Source: a virus (lineage: Duplodnaviria; Caudoviricetes). From it: a stretch of DNA of 63,153 bases. The stretch is taken from positions 1-63,153 of IMG/VR virus record IMGVR_UViG_3300037422_000132, one strand, 5' to 3'. A program made the translations under genes and the position numbers. Below, in pieces: positions 17,025-28,700 of this stretch; position 1 is the first letter of the stretch, and each line of letters opens with the position of its first letter. The notes below the pieces were generated by a model. The model was not told the origin of the DNA. It did no database searches and saw only the letters and a program-made list of their open reading frames with translations.

Positions 17025-17575
17025 TCGAAGAACAAATTTCCGGGCTCCGGTCGAGGATCGGACAGCTACGGCAAACCGAACGGATCATGCTGGAAGCCTC
17101 TGGTTTGCGAAAGCAAATCGCCAGCGAGACGCAAAAAGCCGATGAGCTACGCACGGCTTTAGAGGCGGCCAAAACCATACATCAAGCGGCAAAGGACGCG
17201 CATACCCAAATACTTTCAGAAGCGACTGCCAGCCTTATGGATAGGCTGAATAAGCATTTGCCGGAAGGGAAGGCGTACCTGGAATTGGATGAGGGCTCGG
17301 TCAACCTGGGATGGATAATCAACGGCGTCCCGCGTCCCTTCCGTTCCTTGTCGGGTGGCGAACGTGTGGCCTTTGACATGGCGATAGCCTATGCGTTAGA
17401 CGCCGGGCTCATTATCAAAGAACTGGCCGAATTGGACAGCATGCGACTTGGCTTGGTGCTGGAGCAATTCTGTAACGTCCAGGCGCAAGTGATTTGTATT
17501 TCATGCCACGAGCCGAAGACGATCCCGGAAGGGTTCTCGGTTCTACGGCAAACGCCACAATTTGCGAGTCGATGA
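17021..17575 (+). CDS. Rad50/SbcC-like ATPase, C-terminal half
   Basis: Coiled coil, signature LSGGER, variant Walker B LIIKE, D-loop ELD, H-loop ISCH; GGAGG RBS. Confidence 0.8.
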   Translation: MIEEQISGLRSRIGQLRQTERIMLEASGLRKQIASETQKADELRTALEAAKTIHQAAKDAHTQILSEATASLMDRLNKHLPEGKAYLELDEGSVNLGWIINGVPRPFRSLSGGERVAFDMAIAYALDAGLIIKELAELDSMRLGLVLEQFCNVQAQVICISCHEPKTIPEGFSVLRQTPQFASR

Positions 17576-17988
17576 AAATAAAATACAAAGCGATGGTTAA
17601 TAATGAGGGGCGCATGGTCCTCCTGGACCATGCGCTTTTCCAGGAAAACATGAAAGCCCTAAAAAGGGGCGAAGTCTTTTACCTGATCGTCGAGCGTCGT
17701 AGGGAAAAGACGGTATCAGACCCCCTGCGCCGCTATTATTTTTCAGTTGTCGCCACGATGATAGCGGAAGAAACCGGGCATAGCAAAGACGTTCTCCACG
17801 AGGCGCTCAAGCGGAAAATCCTCGGATATATCGATGAGCGCACGGGCCTTGAGATGGTTCCGTCAGTTTTCTCGGACGAATCTCAGTTAACTATATCAGA
17901 AAAATGGGCGTTTATTGAGGAAGTGCGGCGCTGGGCCGCCGACTTCCTCAACCTGTGGATACCGGACCCTGAGAGGGCGATTTTCTGA
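17572..17988 (+). CDS. NinB/Orf-like recombination protein
   Basis: RRYYFSVV..IAEETGHSKDVLHEALK..FIEEVRRWAA..IPDP. Confidence 0.65.
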   Translation: MKIKYKAMVNNEGRMVLLDHALFQENMKALKRGEVFYLIVERRREKTVSDPLRRYYFSVVATMIAEETGHSKDVLHEALKRKILGYIDERTGLEMVPSVFSDESQLTISEKWAFIEEVRRWAADFLNLWIPDPERAIF

Positions 17989-18278
17989 TGAGAAAGCTTG
18001 TCGCGTTTCGGTCTGAGAATTACCGGGCATGGCTCAAACAACAACCCTGCGTGGTCTGCCATCGCCCGGCAATCAATCCATCCCACGCGCACCATGAGCC
18101 CCTTGGGGAAAACTTTGTCGGCGGGAAGCCGCCGGACACTCACGGGATGCCATTGTGCGGGGAATGCCATTACGATCGGCACCAATACGGCGCCAAATGG
18201 TTAGACTCGCTAATCGATCCCAAAATGACAATCATCAAACACATAACCCGTTTTCTGTCCGAAGGGAGGCAATTCTAA
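17988..18278 (+). CDS. DUF968-like HNH/zinc-finger protein
   Basis: YRAWLKQQPCVVC..AHH..PLCGECH. Confidence 0.8.
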   Translation: MRKLVAFRSENYRAWLKQQPCVVCHRPAINPSHAHHEPLGENFVGGKPPDTHGMPLCGECHYDRHQYGAKWLDSLIDPKMTIIKHITRFLSEGRQF

Positions 18279-20011
18279 TGATCCTAGACCCTCAGCAACG
18301 CGCGGCCGTTTTGTCGCCTCATAGAAATACCCTGGTGCTGGCTGGCGCCGGGTCCGGCAAAACCCGCGTCCTGGTTTCGCGGATTATACACCTGATAAAG
18401 CACGAACGGGTAAGCCCATACGAAATCATGGCATTGACGTTTACCCGCAAGGCAGCCAACGAAATGCAGCAACGCATACGAAGGGAGTACGGCGCCGTTC
18501 CGGTGAAGGTCGGGACCATTCATGCCCTGGCTCTCAAATTCATTCGCATGTATGGCGACTCGATAGGCTACCGGCCAAACAGGATGACAGTCTATAGCGA
18601 GTGGGAGGAAAACTTTTTGAGAAAAGATACCTGCGGCATCGTATCTGCCAAAATCGGTGATGCTGTGGCGATCGACGCTTATTACCAGACAGGACTCGAA
18701 CCAAAGCCCGATACGATTGAGCGCCGGCTATTCGATGTTTTTCTCTCGCGTTTGCGCCAGTATAACAGCATGACCTATGGGATGTTGCTCGTCACGATGA
18801 AAAAGCTGATCCCCGTAATCGTCGGCCGGGCGATTTCGCATATCCTGGTTGACGAGGCTCAGGACTTAGATCGGCTTCAATGGGGGATATTGCGGGCTTT
18901 CCAAGATGAGCGCCCAAGCTGTACGATTTTTGCCGTTGGTGACCAAGACCAATCCATATATGAATGGCGCGGAGCGTTCCCGGAGTATTTAACCTGGATC
19001 GCGGCCGGAGCCACCGGCCGCGTTTTTGAAGTTTTCAAGCTGGAAACCAATTACCGATCGACGCCGGAGATTGTTAAGCATGCCGCCAACCTAATCACGC
19101 ACAACAAAAAACGGATTGAAAAATCAATGCGTCCGTTCCGTGACGATAACGGGTTGGTTTCGATCCTGGAAGAATGTGACTCTAAGCGCTTGGCAGACGC
19201 TATTGTAAGCATCCAGGCGAAGCGTCCGAACGATCAAATTGCCGTATTGTCCAGGACGCATGTTCTGATTTCCAAATTGTCGCGCGTACTGGCCGATCGG
19301 AGCATCGAGCATCATTACTGCGGTCAAACTCGTAGCGTGATGGACTCGGAAAGTTTTCGCCGGACCCACGCCGTTTTCAAACTGATGAAAAACCCTGCCG
19401 ACGACTTCTCTTTTTCGGTTGCTCGTCCATTCTTTCGGGTTGAAAATAGCGAATTTGCGGCCATTGTGAATCAATCGCTTGAACGGCAAGTATCCCATTT
19501 TGAAACCTGGGCCGATAACTCAGGCATGGGAGAAAGGCTGTTCGGTGGAAGGATAGCGGAAAAGCCGCTTGGTGAAATCATCGCCCGAATTGACCGCGTT
19601 TTAGGGTTTGAATTCGACATTTCAATGAGTCTAAGGATCGCTCAAAAGTGCGCTGAAAATGGAATGACGCTCGAAGAATACTTGGACTTTGTGACCACGT
19701 TTGATCTTCAAGACGACGTGGCTCCGGCGCACAAGGCTGGAATCCAGCTAATGACGATCCATGCTGCCAAGGGGCTCGAATTTCCGATCGTCATAATTGC
19801 CGGTGTAAACGAAGGGATTTTGCCGATCAAACAAGCCATGTCAATAGGTGAATTTGAAGAAGAAAGGCGGCTGGCTTATGTCGCCATGACGAGGGCCGAG
19901 GATTGGCTTTTTATCACTTCTCGGCCGGAAGTAACCGGGGCTAAGGGGCAATTCAAAAATCCAATTTCACGTTTTATCGGAGAAACGGAGGTAAAAAATG
20001 TCAGACAATAA
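18278..20011 (+). CDS. uvrD: UvrD/Rep-family SF1 helicase
   Basis: AGAGSGKT, LTFTRKAA, VDEAQD, VGDQDQSIYEWRG, NYRS, TIHAAKGLEF, EERRLAYVAMTRA. Confidence 0.95.
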   Translation: MILDPQQRAAVLSPHRNTLVLAGAGSGKTRVLVSRIIHLIKHERVSPYEIMALTFTRKAANEMQQRIRREYGAVPVKVGTIHALALKFIRMYGDSIGYRPNRMTVYSEWEENFLRKDTCGIVSAKIGDAVAIDAYYQTGLEPKPDTIERRLFDVFLSRLRQYNSMTYGMLLVTMKKLIPVIVGRAISHILVDEAQDLDRLQWGILRAFQDERPSCTIFAVGDQDQSIYEWRGAFPEYLTWIAAGATGRVFEVFKLETNYRSTPEIVKHAANLITHNKKRIEKSMRPFRDDNGLVSILEECDSKRLADAIVSIQAKRPNDQIAVLSRTHVLISKLSRVLADRSIEHHYCGQTRSVMDSESFRRTHAVFKLMKNPADDFSFSVARPFFRVENSEFAAIVNQSLERQVSHFETWADNSGMGERLFGGRIAEKPLGEIIARIDRVLGFEFDISMSLRIAQKCAENGMTLEEYLDFVTTFDLQDDVAPAHKAGIQLMTIHAAKGLEFPIVIIAGVNEGILPIKQAMSIGEFEEERRLAYVAMTRAEDWLFITSRPEVTGAKGQFKNPISRFIGETEVKNVRQ

Positions 20012-20487
20012 CGTGGTAAGGCTTACGCCTGAACAAGTCGTTGCCGATGATGAGGATGCCATCCGCGATCACGAGCGGGCAACAAAAAAACAATTGGCAT
20101 ATCGTCGGCCAATTCCCTAAGAATTTGGACCTTGATAAGCGGCTTGCCTGGAGAAAGTTCGCATATCGCGCCGAAAGAGCCGCCTCGATTTGGCTGGGAA
20201 TTGAAAACTGGAAACGTGACCGTGATGGGTTTGGAAAAGCTGATGTCGGCGGTTTTGCGGTAAGATGTGGAACCGAACGGGGATATGGTTTGGTTTGCTA
20301 TTTTGCAAGAGACAAGGACTTTCCCTATTTGCTGGTCGAACGATGGGACGATTTAACCTACCGGATAATTGGTATTCTGCCGTTCGTGGTCGCAAAGCAA
20401 ATGAAGGCGCGCGGTATAGGAATGGAAATGCCTGGGAACACTGATTCTTGGCTTATACCGCAAAGTAACCTTAAACTTTTTAAGTGA
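19998..20487 (+). pseudogene. Phage hypothetical protein interrupted by a frameshift at an A7 run
   Basis: GGAGGT RBS and ATG 19998, ORF stops at 20120; the +1 frame is open to 20487; removing one A at 20084-20090 fuses them. Confidence 0.6.
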
Positions 20488-20510
20488 AAAACTGTACGAG
20501 GTAATGGATC

Positions 20511-21335
20511 ATGCCAACAAAGATTGAATGGGCCGATGAGGTATGGAACCCGATCACGGGTTGCACCCGGCTTTCTGAGGGGTGCGCAAACTGCTACGCT
20601 TGGCGCATGGCAAACCGGCTGCGGGGGCGCTACGGCTATCCGGCTCATGATCCGTTTCGGGTGACGTTCCACCCGGATCGGCTGAAAGAACCGCTGCGAC
20701 GGAAGAAGCCGCGCCGGATATTCGTTTGCAGTATGGCCGATATTTTTCATGGCGATGTTAAGGTAGAATGGATTGACAACATTCTAGAGGTTATCGCTGC
20801 ATGCCCTCAGCACATATTTCTGATGCTTACCAAGCGACCACAAAACATCGAAGAAAAATTCTATGGCGAAGCTTCAGCACGGGTGCTCGGAGGTGGGGAT
20901 TACTTGCCAAACCTGTGGCTGGGTGTCACCGCCGAGAACCAGACCCGCGCCGACGAGCGGATACCGATCCTGCTGCAGATCCCGGCGGCGGTGCGGTTCG
21001 TTTCGCTGGAGCCCTTGCTCGGCCCGGTGCTTACCACTCAGGCGCGCCGTGTGGTGTCCGTGGATGGCGAGAATGTATCGCGGATACACTGGATGATCGC
21101 CGGCGGCGAGACCGGCCCCGGCGCGCGGCCGATGCACCCTAATTGGGTGCGGTCGCTACGGGATCAATGTATTGCGGCAGATGTGCCGTTTTTTTTCAAG
21201 GGCTGGGGGGAATTTGTTTTTTCAGATGATGGGTCGCAACCAATTCGCATTGGCAAAAAACGCGCGGGCAACCTGCTCGATGGGAGGGCGTGGACTGAAA
21301 CCCCCTTAACAAAATTCAACGAAAGCAAGGAATAG
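20511..21335 (+). CDS. DUF5131 (phage Gp37/Gp68) radical-SAM-like protein
   Basis: TKIEWADEVWNPITGCTRLSEGCANCYA (CxxxxxxCxxC), SMADIFH, LTKRP, SLEPLLG, GGETG. Confidence 0.95.
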   Translation: MPTKIEWADEVWNPITGCTRLSEGCANCYAWRMANRLRGRYGYPAHDPFRVTFHPDRLKEPLRRKKPRRIFVCSMADIFHGDVKVEWIDNILEVIAACPQHIFLMLTKRPQNIEEKFYGEASARVLGGGDYLPNLWLGVTAENQTRADERIPILLQIPAAVRFVSLEPLLGPVLTTQARRVVSVDGENVSRIHWMIAGGETGPGARPMHPNWVRSLRDQCIAADVPFFFKGWGEFVFSDDGSQPIRIGKKRAGNLLDGRAWTETPLTKFNESKE

Positions 21336-21339
21336 GAAA

Positions 21340-21768
21340 ATGGACAAAAAGCTACTTGCGGAGCAATTGAACGGCCTATCATACCCAATGGACCAAAGCG
21401 CGAATTTTAAAAAATTGGTCCAAATCGCCGCGACAAATAGACTCGTGATTGTCTGTGGTGGAAGTGACGACCGGATGGAGTTTTACGGAGCCATCGATGA
21501 TGAAATCGGATGCTATGAAGGATGCTCGGCCCTGGTGGACAATATCGGGTTGTTGCCAAGCCGTGACAGCATCGACCAAGACGACGAATCCCTGCATTTT
21601 TGGTTGCATCGAAAACAAAAAGCAAAATCGATCACGGCCACATGGGGCGATGAAGATGGGCCAACGTGGAGATTTGCAACCAACATTCCACACGAAACGT
21701 TTGATATAATGGAAAGCGGTGATGTTTTTTGCCGTGGGATAGTTTTTTTACTCGACTCATTAAGCTGA
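21340..21768 (+). CDS. Conserved phage hypothetical protein
   Basis: LVIVCGGSDDRMEFYGAIDDE..IPHETFDIME..FCRGIVF. Confidence 0.8.
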   Translation: MDKKLLAEQLNGLSYPMDQSANFKKLVQIAATNRLVIVCGGSDDRMEFYGAIDDEIGCYEGCSALVDNIGLLPSRDSIDQDDESLHFWLHRKQKAKSITATWGDEDGPTWRFATNIPHETFDIMESGDVFCRGIVFLLDSLS

Positions 21769-21789
21769 TTGCGATTACGGAGGTTCGCA

Positions 21790-21984
21790 ATGACCTATAG
21801 GCGAAGCAACTCTTTCACCGACGAGGAAATTCGAAAAATTTGGAAAGCCCGCCGGCTGTCCGACAAAGAGGCTGCCCCGCTGTTCCCTGGTCGAAACCTG
21901 GCCTCGATTTCATACCTCAGACGAAAAACTAGAGCCCTCCGTATCTTTAGCCACGGAGAAACGTTGCGAAGAAAGGAATGGTAA
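21790..21984 (+). CDS. Small basic protein, possibly DNA-binding
   Basis: GGAGG RBS; FTDEEI..FPGRNLASI. Confidence 0.55.
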   Translation: MTYRRSNSFTDEEIRKIWKARRLSDKEAAPLFPGRNLASISYLRRKTRALRIFSHGETLRRKEW

Positions 21985-22421
21985 ATCGCATGGATAGTTT
22001 TAACCTCAAACGGTTCCAAGAAGAACACCGCGCATGGTCAACCAAAAACTTCGGAGGGAAATACGGATCGGGCTATCGGCCCTTGCTGGGGGCCGTCGAG
22101 GAATTCGGGGAACTGTGCGAATTGATGGACGAGCAAACCCCGATGTGTCTGTTGCTTGGGGTCTGCAAGGTCGGTGCCGCAATGGGCAAGATTGCCCACC
22201 ATCATTTGAAGTTTGAGCAAGGCATCCGCAAACAAGAAAACCATGTGGAAGCGAAAAAGGATGCCATCGCCGACATGCTCATCTACCTAACGGACTACTG
22301 CAACAACGAGGGATTCGACCTGGAAGCCCTGCTATCGGAAACCTGGGAAAAGGTGCGCCAACGGGATTGGACGAAAAACCCGGATACGGCGCACCTTGAC
22401 ATTGAAGACGATCTAAAATGA
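21978..22421 (+). CDS. MazG-like nucleotide pyrophosphohydrolase
   Basis: EEFGEL and DAIADMLIYL motifs, WEKVRQRDW. Confidence 0.85.
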   Translation: MVNRMDSFNLKRFQEEHRAWSTKNFGGKYGSGYRPLLGAVEEFGELCELMDEQTPMCLLLGVCKVGAAMGKIAHHHLKFEQGIRKQENHVEAKKDAIADMLIYLTDYCNNEGFDLEALLSETWEKVRQRDWTKNPDTAHLDIEDDLK

Positions 22422-22423
22422 CC

Positions 22424-22780
22424 CTAGCAACGACTTACAAGCCATGCGTTTGCCGCTGTGATCGTGGCCACCGAAGCTGTCAGCTTGACCTTCATAAAAG
22501 GCCCGAAGTGGGTCAAAGTGAGCAAGTAAGCGTTGTCAGCCCCGGAAGCCGCTGCCGCCGCAACTTCGGCGGCGGTGGCCTCCACCCAATGGCCGTCTTT
22601 CGTCGGTGCGGCAAAAATTTCTATTTTGATGGTCCCGGTTCCGGTGTGCTTCTCGAAAATCTCCAAAGCGGTTACGTTCTTCTCCCGCATGTCCACGATG
22701 GTTTCGACAATGAGCCCTGGGCCGGCCGTGAAAACGTGGTCTTTCGGAAGAAGATTGTCAGTGAAAATTTGCTGTTGCAT
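22424..22780 (-). CDS. Small beta-rich protein, last gene of the virion operon
   Basis: AGGAGG RBS; follows the giant gene. Confidence 0.7.
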   Translation of the reverse strand: MQQQIFTDNLLPKDHVFTAGPGLIVETIVDMREKNVTALEIFEKHTGTGTIKIEIFAAPTKDGHWVEATAAEVAAAAASGADNAYLLTLTHFGPFMKVKLTASVATITAANAWLVSRC

Positions 22781-22793
22781 TTTCTGGATCCTC

Positions 22794-25700
22794 CTATCGC
22801 ATGAGTTTAGCTGCCTCTTTCAATGTCAGCCTGCCCTTGCCGGCTGGTTTTTCCTGTGGTTCCCCTTCCGACCGCTTGGCCGCCGCCCGTAGCTGCGCCT
22901 TGGGCGCCTTTAAATAGGTATCTTGATACCATGTGAGCGCCCGCCGGTAGGTGTTCATTTCCTCCGGGCTAAGGGTCTTTAAATATGCGCCCCAATCCTT
23001 TTGGGCAAGGTTGCCAAGCGGGTGCGCCCGCTGGATGGACTTATCCAGGCCCTCGTCGGAGCCCCCCAGCGCATAGTATTGCCGGAGGTATTTCTCGGCG
23101 GCGCCAAGGTCGCCAAATTTCAAGCCCTGCTTGTAGTAATAGAGAGCATTGGATTTGTCGGTCGGCGTGACTCCAGGGTATTCCTTGCCCTTGCTCTCGC
23201 GGTACTTTATGACCTTGCTGATGGTTTCATAGTAAGCCGATTCTCCAGGATCGCTGTAATAGAACCCGATCGCCATGAGGTCGTTGGCAATCCGCTCGCC
23301 GACGTTATCGCCGCGCTTTGGTTTGCCTGTCAGCCATCGGTGGAGCGAATCGGCCGAAAACATACGCGCAACGTGTTCCATTTTGTCCCGGATCGGTCGC
23401 GGGTTGAAGGGGTCCGGGTAAAATGCCTGCTCGGACAAAACTTCGGCGCCCGTTTTCACGTCCGGCCTGAACGCATTGATGATTTTGATTGGGGTGGCCA
23501 AGACGGAATCCTTTGCGATGTCGCCAAACGACTTACGCCCCTTGTAATACGCCTTGGCATCCTGAATAACGTCTTCCATGCCAAACCATGACAGCGCATC
23601 GCTGAACGCCCCCTGAATTCTCAGCGTTCGGATGGTCCCATCCGCCCGGCGCCCAAGGATAAGATGAAGCTGCCGGCGCTGGTCTTCGCTCAACTCGTCT
23701 TCCTCGTCTCCAAAGAAAGTCGCGTTCCAAAGGTTCACGGCTACGAAAAAACCGGAAACCTTGACCCCCAGCTTGGTGGCTTTCCAGGCAACATTTTTGC
23801 CGAATAAGGCGGCAAGCCGGGCCTGGCCGCTGCGCCCCTCGTGGCGGAAGTTGCGCATCAATCGGACGTACCTCGGCAGGTTAATTTCCATCCAGGAATA
23901 GAAGGGCAGTAAATGATCCCGAATGAACTTGCCCGCATGGCTGATGTTGCCGTAATCCCCGATCAACTCCCTGGCCAGCTTTGCCGCTTTCCGATCCGGG
24001 TCCGTGATGCCGTCCACTTCAGCCCGGTTCGATGCTCCGTAAACCGTGTTGCCAGCTGCCACTTGAACCCTGAAATAACGAAAGGCCGCCAGCCGGAGCC
24101 AATTCTCACGGAAACGGGTGAACTCCTTCAGGTTGCGCCAGCCGCGTTTGATGACGTTCGGCCGATCGCCCCGGAGGGCCTCCATCTTCTCCATTAAGGA
24201 AAGGTTCCGCGTAAGCTCTGAAACCTCCTGAAATGCCCATCCAGAATCAAGGACGGATAGCTCATAGGCTAAGTCAAGCTCTTGCTGAAGGGCTTGCGGT
24301 AGCTCTTTCTTGTCACGGTACTCGGTTGTAAGGTCTTTGACAGCATTGAAGAAGTAATGGGTTACAATTTTAGGATCATAGGCGAAAGCGATGTCCATAT
24401 CACCCGATAGGTTATTCAGATTATAGCGAAATACCCGGTACGGATTGACCAAAATCCACTTTTTCCAAGCGCTCATGGCCGCCTTGCTGGCGCGTGAAAG
24501 CTTTTGGTCGTCATGGGCCTTGTCAAAGCCGTCCAGGGTTTGAGCAACCCCTGTCGGGATGATCCAAACGGCATCCCGGCCCCTGGCCAAGACGCGCGTG
24601 ATTTTGTCGGCGTTGTCCTGGCCGATCACCACTTCCCCGGCTTGCACGGCCGCAACGAGTCGATCCGATAGGCTGTAAGCCTTGTACCATGACTTTCCGG
24701 GCGCCGGCTTCCATTCGATATAGCCCTCCGGGATAAGCTTCTTCACGGTCACGAAACGGCTTCCCAGCGCCCCCTTGATATGTTTGTCCCGGTTGGCGAT
24801 CGCCTTTCGGATCGTGCCGGCGTAAACCGCCCCCGGAAGCTGGGCTTTCATCAAGTGGTTGAGGAACGCGAAGAATCGGCTTTGCTCCATCATCGGACCG
24901 CCAGCCGCCCGGCCGCCTGCCGCCAGATCCGTGATAACGTCGTCCCACTCCTGGCCAACCCCAACGAATTTGTTGTCCTTGGCCATCTTGCGAAGCTTGC
25001 TCGTTGCTATGGCGATCGTCTGCTTGTAGGGCTTGAGGGGGTCCATGTCGGTGTCGATGATGTCGTCACCGGTCAAAGGTGGATTTCCGGGATTCAGCCG
25101 GTTGATCCGGTCGGCTTCCAGGTCGTAGAACATTTTCAGATTTTGCCGCTTGGCCTGGGCTTTTAAATTCGCCGCGATGTCCACGAGCGCCCGGATACGG
25201 TCCAGGGTTTCCCGCGTCTCAAGCTGGCTGAACCCCTGGGCCAAAACCTCGAATTCGGATTCGGCATATTCGGTGTTGTAATCGGCCACTGAGCCGACAC
25301 GGCCGATTTGCCATCCCTTGCGCTTCAGCCGCACGTCGTCGGAGCCTACAGAAAGCCCCTCGTAGGCTTCGCCCATCGCCGCTTTGGCCCGGTAAACCAA
25401 GACTTGATGGTGAAAATACCGATCGTCCTGTAAGACGGCTTCCGGCAAAAGGTCGGCGTCTACTAGAGCTCGCTTCATTTTTTCCTGAAACGCTTGGCGC
25501 CGGTCATAGGCGGAACTAATGATCGGGTCACTATCTGAAACCAATTGCAGATAATCCCGATACTGCCGGGCCTCTGCCTCGGTAAACCCGAATGGAAGTT
25601 CGTCCTTGTTCGCCAAGAGCCCGGAATCGATGTCGCGGATCATGTCGTCCATGATGATCCGCAAGCTGAATACCTCGTACTGCTTAGGCTTCATGCCACC

Positions 25701-28700
25701 AACGATGTTCTGCAAAACCTGCATGGCCCGCCGGATCGCGTTATCCGGCCCGTCCTGGTGTGTCCGTAGAACGTCGGCGACGGTCGCCTGTTCCTCAGCG
25801 TCCAGGAAAGGGCGATGCCTGGTCATGCTGTGCCATACGTCCCGGCCATGAATTTGAACCGATTTCAGGAACCCGGCGAAGGGAACCCCCTTCGAGGCAA
25901 CCATTCTTTCCTTAATCTCATCGCGGAGCCCGGCGAACGGGTCGGCCTGGGTGTCTTGCTGAGACGTGACAAACTGGCTCGGCATGGCTGCCCGGAGCGC
26001 TTCTAGATAGGTCTTGGCCACGGGGCTCATGCGTTTGACACTGAAAAGCGGAAAGCCCTTTTCAATCGCTTTGCTGCGCATTTCAGGCGTTACCCGCATC
26101 GACCAAACTTCCATCGGCGGATAAACCCAATTCATTTCCCCGCCCCATAATTCGGCAACCGCCATGCTGCCGTGGCGCCGGATTGCATCCTCGAACGGCA
26201 TCCCGCTCATTTCCATTTCGTCGGCGATCGCTTTCATCTGGTTTTGAAGTTGTACCGACGTACCCCAATTCTGACTTTGCATGCGCAAATCATGCAGGGA
26301 AGGAATTGGCCCGGTGTAGGGTCCAAAATGCGCCGGCCCGGAGCGTCCTAAGTCGATCCCGTAGGGCTCAACCCTGGCATTACCCCACGCTGGTTTGCCG
26401 AAAAGCTTGTTCATTTCTTGCGGCAAATTCACGTTGTAAATGAACTTGTGAAGCTGCCCGCCGATTGAAAGGTCTTTGCCTTTGAGTTCGCCCTCCCGGT
26501 CCTCTATGATTTGCGCGGCAATTTTTTTGCCAAGCACTTCTTCAAGGCTCTTTCCTTTGCCCGGTCCTGAAACGAATCGACCATCCGACACGTTGCCGTC
26601 GAACGTCATTCTGCCTTCTTTATAGGCATGCACCCTGATATGCGATGATCCTTGGAGACTGCGCTCGGCGATGATCCTTTTGGCATCTGCGATCACCCGC
26701 TGGGGCGAATCGTCCCAAATGGTGATTGCCGCGTTGTCGGGGTCTTTGATCCTCCAAAGGTCGCGCCCTATTAGCTTTACGAGCCGATAGCCGGCCGGGA
26801 GTACGTCGTCCGGAAGCTGGGCAATCCCCGGATCGCCCATATGAAGCCATTCAATCCGGTCCACGTTCTGCCGGAGGGCGTCATTGTAACGCTCGATTTG
26901 CTGTTCTCCGGTCGGCCATGCGATCCGGTCAAACCCGTTTTCCGCCGCCCATCGAACCATGCGCTTCATGGCCAGCATCGACCAAGTGATTTTGAAAGGC
27001 GCATCGGGAACCTGCCCGGTAACACTGACAAGCTCCGAATTCATTTCCTCGCGGTAAATTCTCATTTCCTCGTCGGTAAGCTTTTCTCCGGCCTCCGATT
27101 TCGCTATGATCCGCTGATGGACAGGGTTTGCATAACCAAGCTTGCGCCCCTTTTGGTGCCAATCGGATTGAACTTCTTCGATAAATAGGACTTTTTCGGT
27201 CGCCCCCGTGGTATCGTTATGGAATTCCCGGTGGCGGGAGTACTGTGCCGCTTCAAGCTGGGTGATCGCCCCCGCCCTTACGGCCGCCGCCGGCCCGCCG
27301 CTGCCTATGTCGTCCGGGTTTTCGACGCCAACGACCTTGGCGATCCTATTTTCTATGTCCTCGATTTGTTCGATCGTATAAGTGGATTGCTCCCTCTCGT
27401 TGAATCGCATGTGAACGACGATGTTCGGGATACTGTAATGGCTTGAAATGAAGTTGGTGGCTGGGCTTACCCTCTTTGACTCTCGCTGAATTCTGGCGCT
27501 TTCCTCCCTGGCCATATGAGCGATCGCTTCTTCGTCGGTTCCACTGAAACCGAATCTTGTCGCAATGATAACCCCCTCGCTATCCCGGATGCTGATGTCG
27601 CGTTGCCCGGTGTGCTCATAAGTTCTCACCGTGAAAACCTTCCAATCACTTGTGTCAACGGATCCAACCTGCGGGGAAGGGTTTACCGGAATGGACAGGA
27701 CAAGCTCCCGGTAGTTTCTGGCGCCGCCAAACTGATAGCCCGCGTAAATAGCCTTTGGCTCGTCAAGAAGGCTTGCGGCCTCTACGATCATGTTCCTTTC
27801 TTCTGGCCAAATGACGCCTTGCTCAACAAGGTATTCAATGTTGCCTTGGATTTCTTCGTCTGTATCGATTTCCCTCAAGTAAAACCCGATTGAATACCGC
27901 CGGCCGTCCTCGTCACGCCGGTCGCTTGGGATTTTGATGCTCAATGGCTCGGTATCGATTTCGTCGTCGTACTCGATTTGCCATCCGTTTTTCTTGAGGG
28001 CTTTCATGTGGCTTTTCAACTTGGAATCAGCCTCACCATAAATTGTCTCGTGAACGTGGATGTTGTTCAAACTCAGCCAATCAAGCAATTGACGCTTGGT
28101 GATCTTGTCGCCCGGCTCCATCGCCAGCGCATCCGTGACGTGGGACCACTCCATTTCCTCGGCCTTGTATTTCCCTTCTTTTGCCCACTTCGTTATCATT
28201 TTGATAAAATCAGCCGGTCGGCCCGATCCCGGAAGCTTCTCGGAAAGGAAGTCGTGCATTTGGGAATAGAACGGAGAATCGGAGGGTTTCACGACTGACG
28301 GATAAACTTCAGGTTTTTTGTTCGCAAGCCATGCGTCGGTGGCCGCCACGATGTCGTGATCCGCCCCCATGTAGCCGTCATAGGCTTCCCGGAAATACTG
28401 CGCCCGGCTGGCCTCAATCATGGCCCGGTCGAAATTGCCCGCCTCAACGTAGCGCTTGGCCAAAATTTTTGAGACGGCGTAAAATCTCAGCATTTCCTCG
28501 GCGCCGGCCTTGTCTGACTCCTGGCCATACTGCCGCGCTTCCTGGGTGGTGGCAAACTGCGGGGCGCTGGCAAGCTCTGCTTCAAGCTCAGCCGTAGCCA
28601 TATCCTCGCTTTTCTTGATCGACGCCAGGACGGGGCCGGCATAGGGGCGCTGGAGTGTCCGAACCTGCTTGTATCGGATCAACCGCTCAATAGTCTGAAC

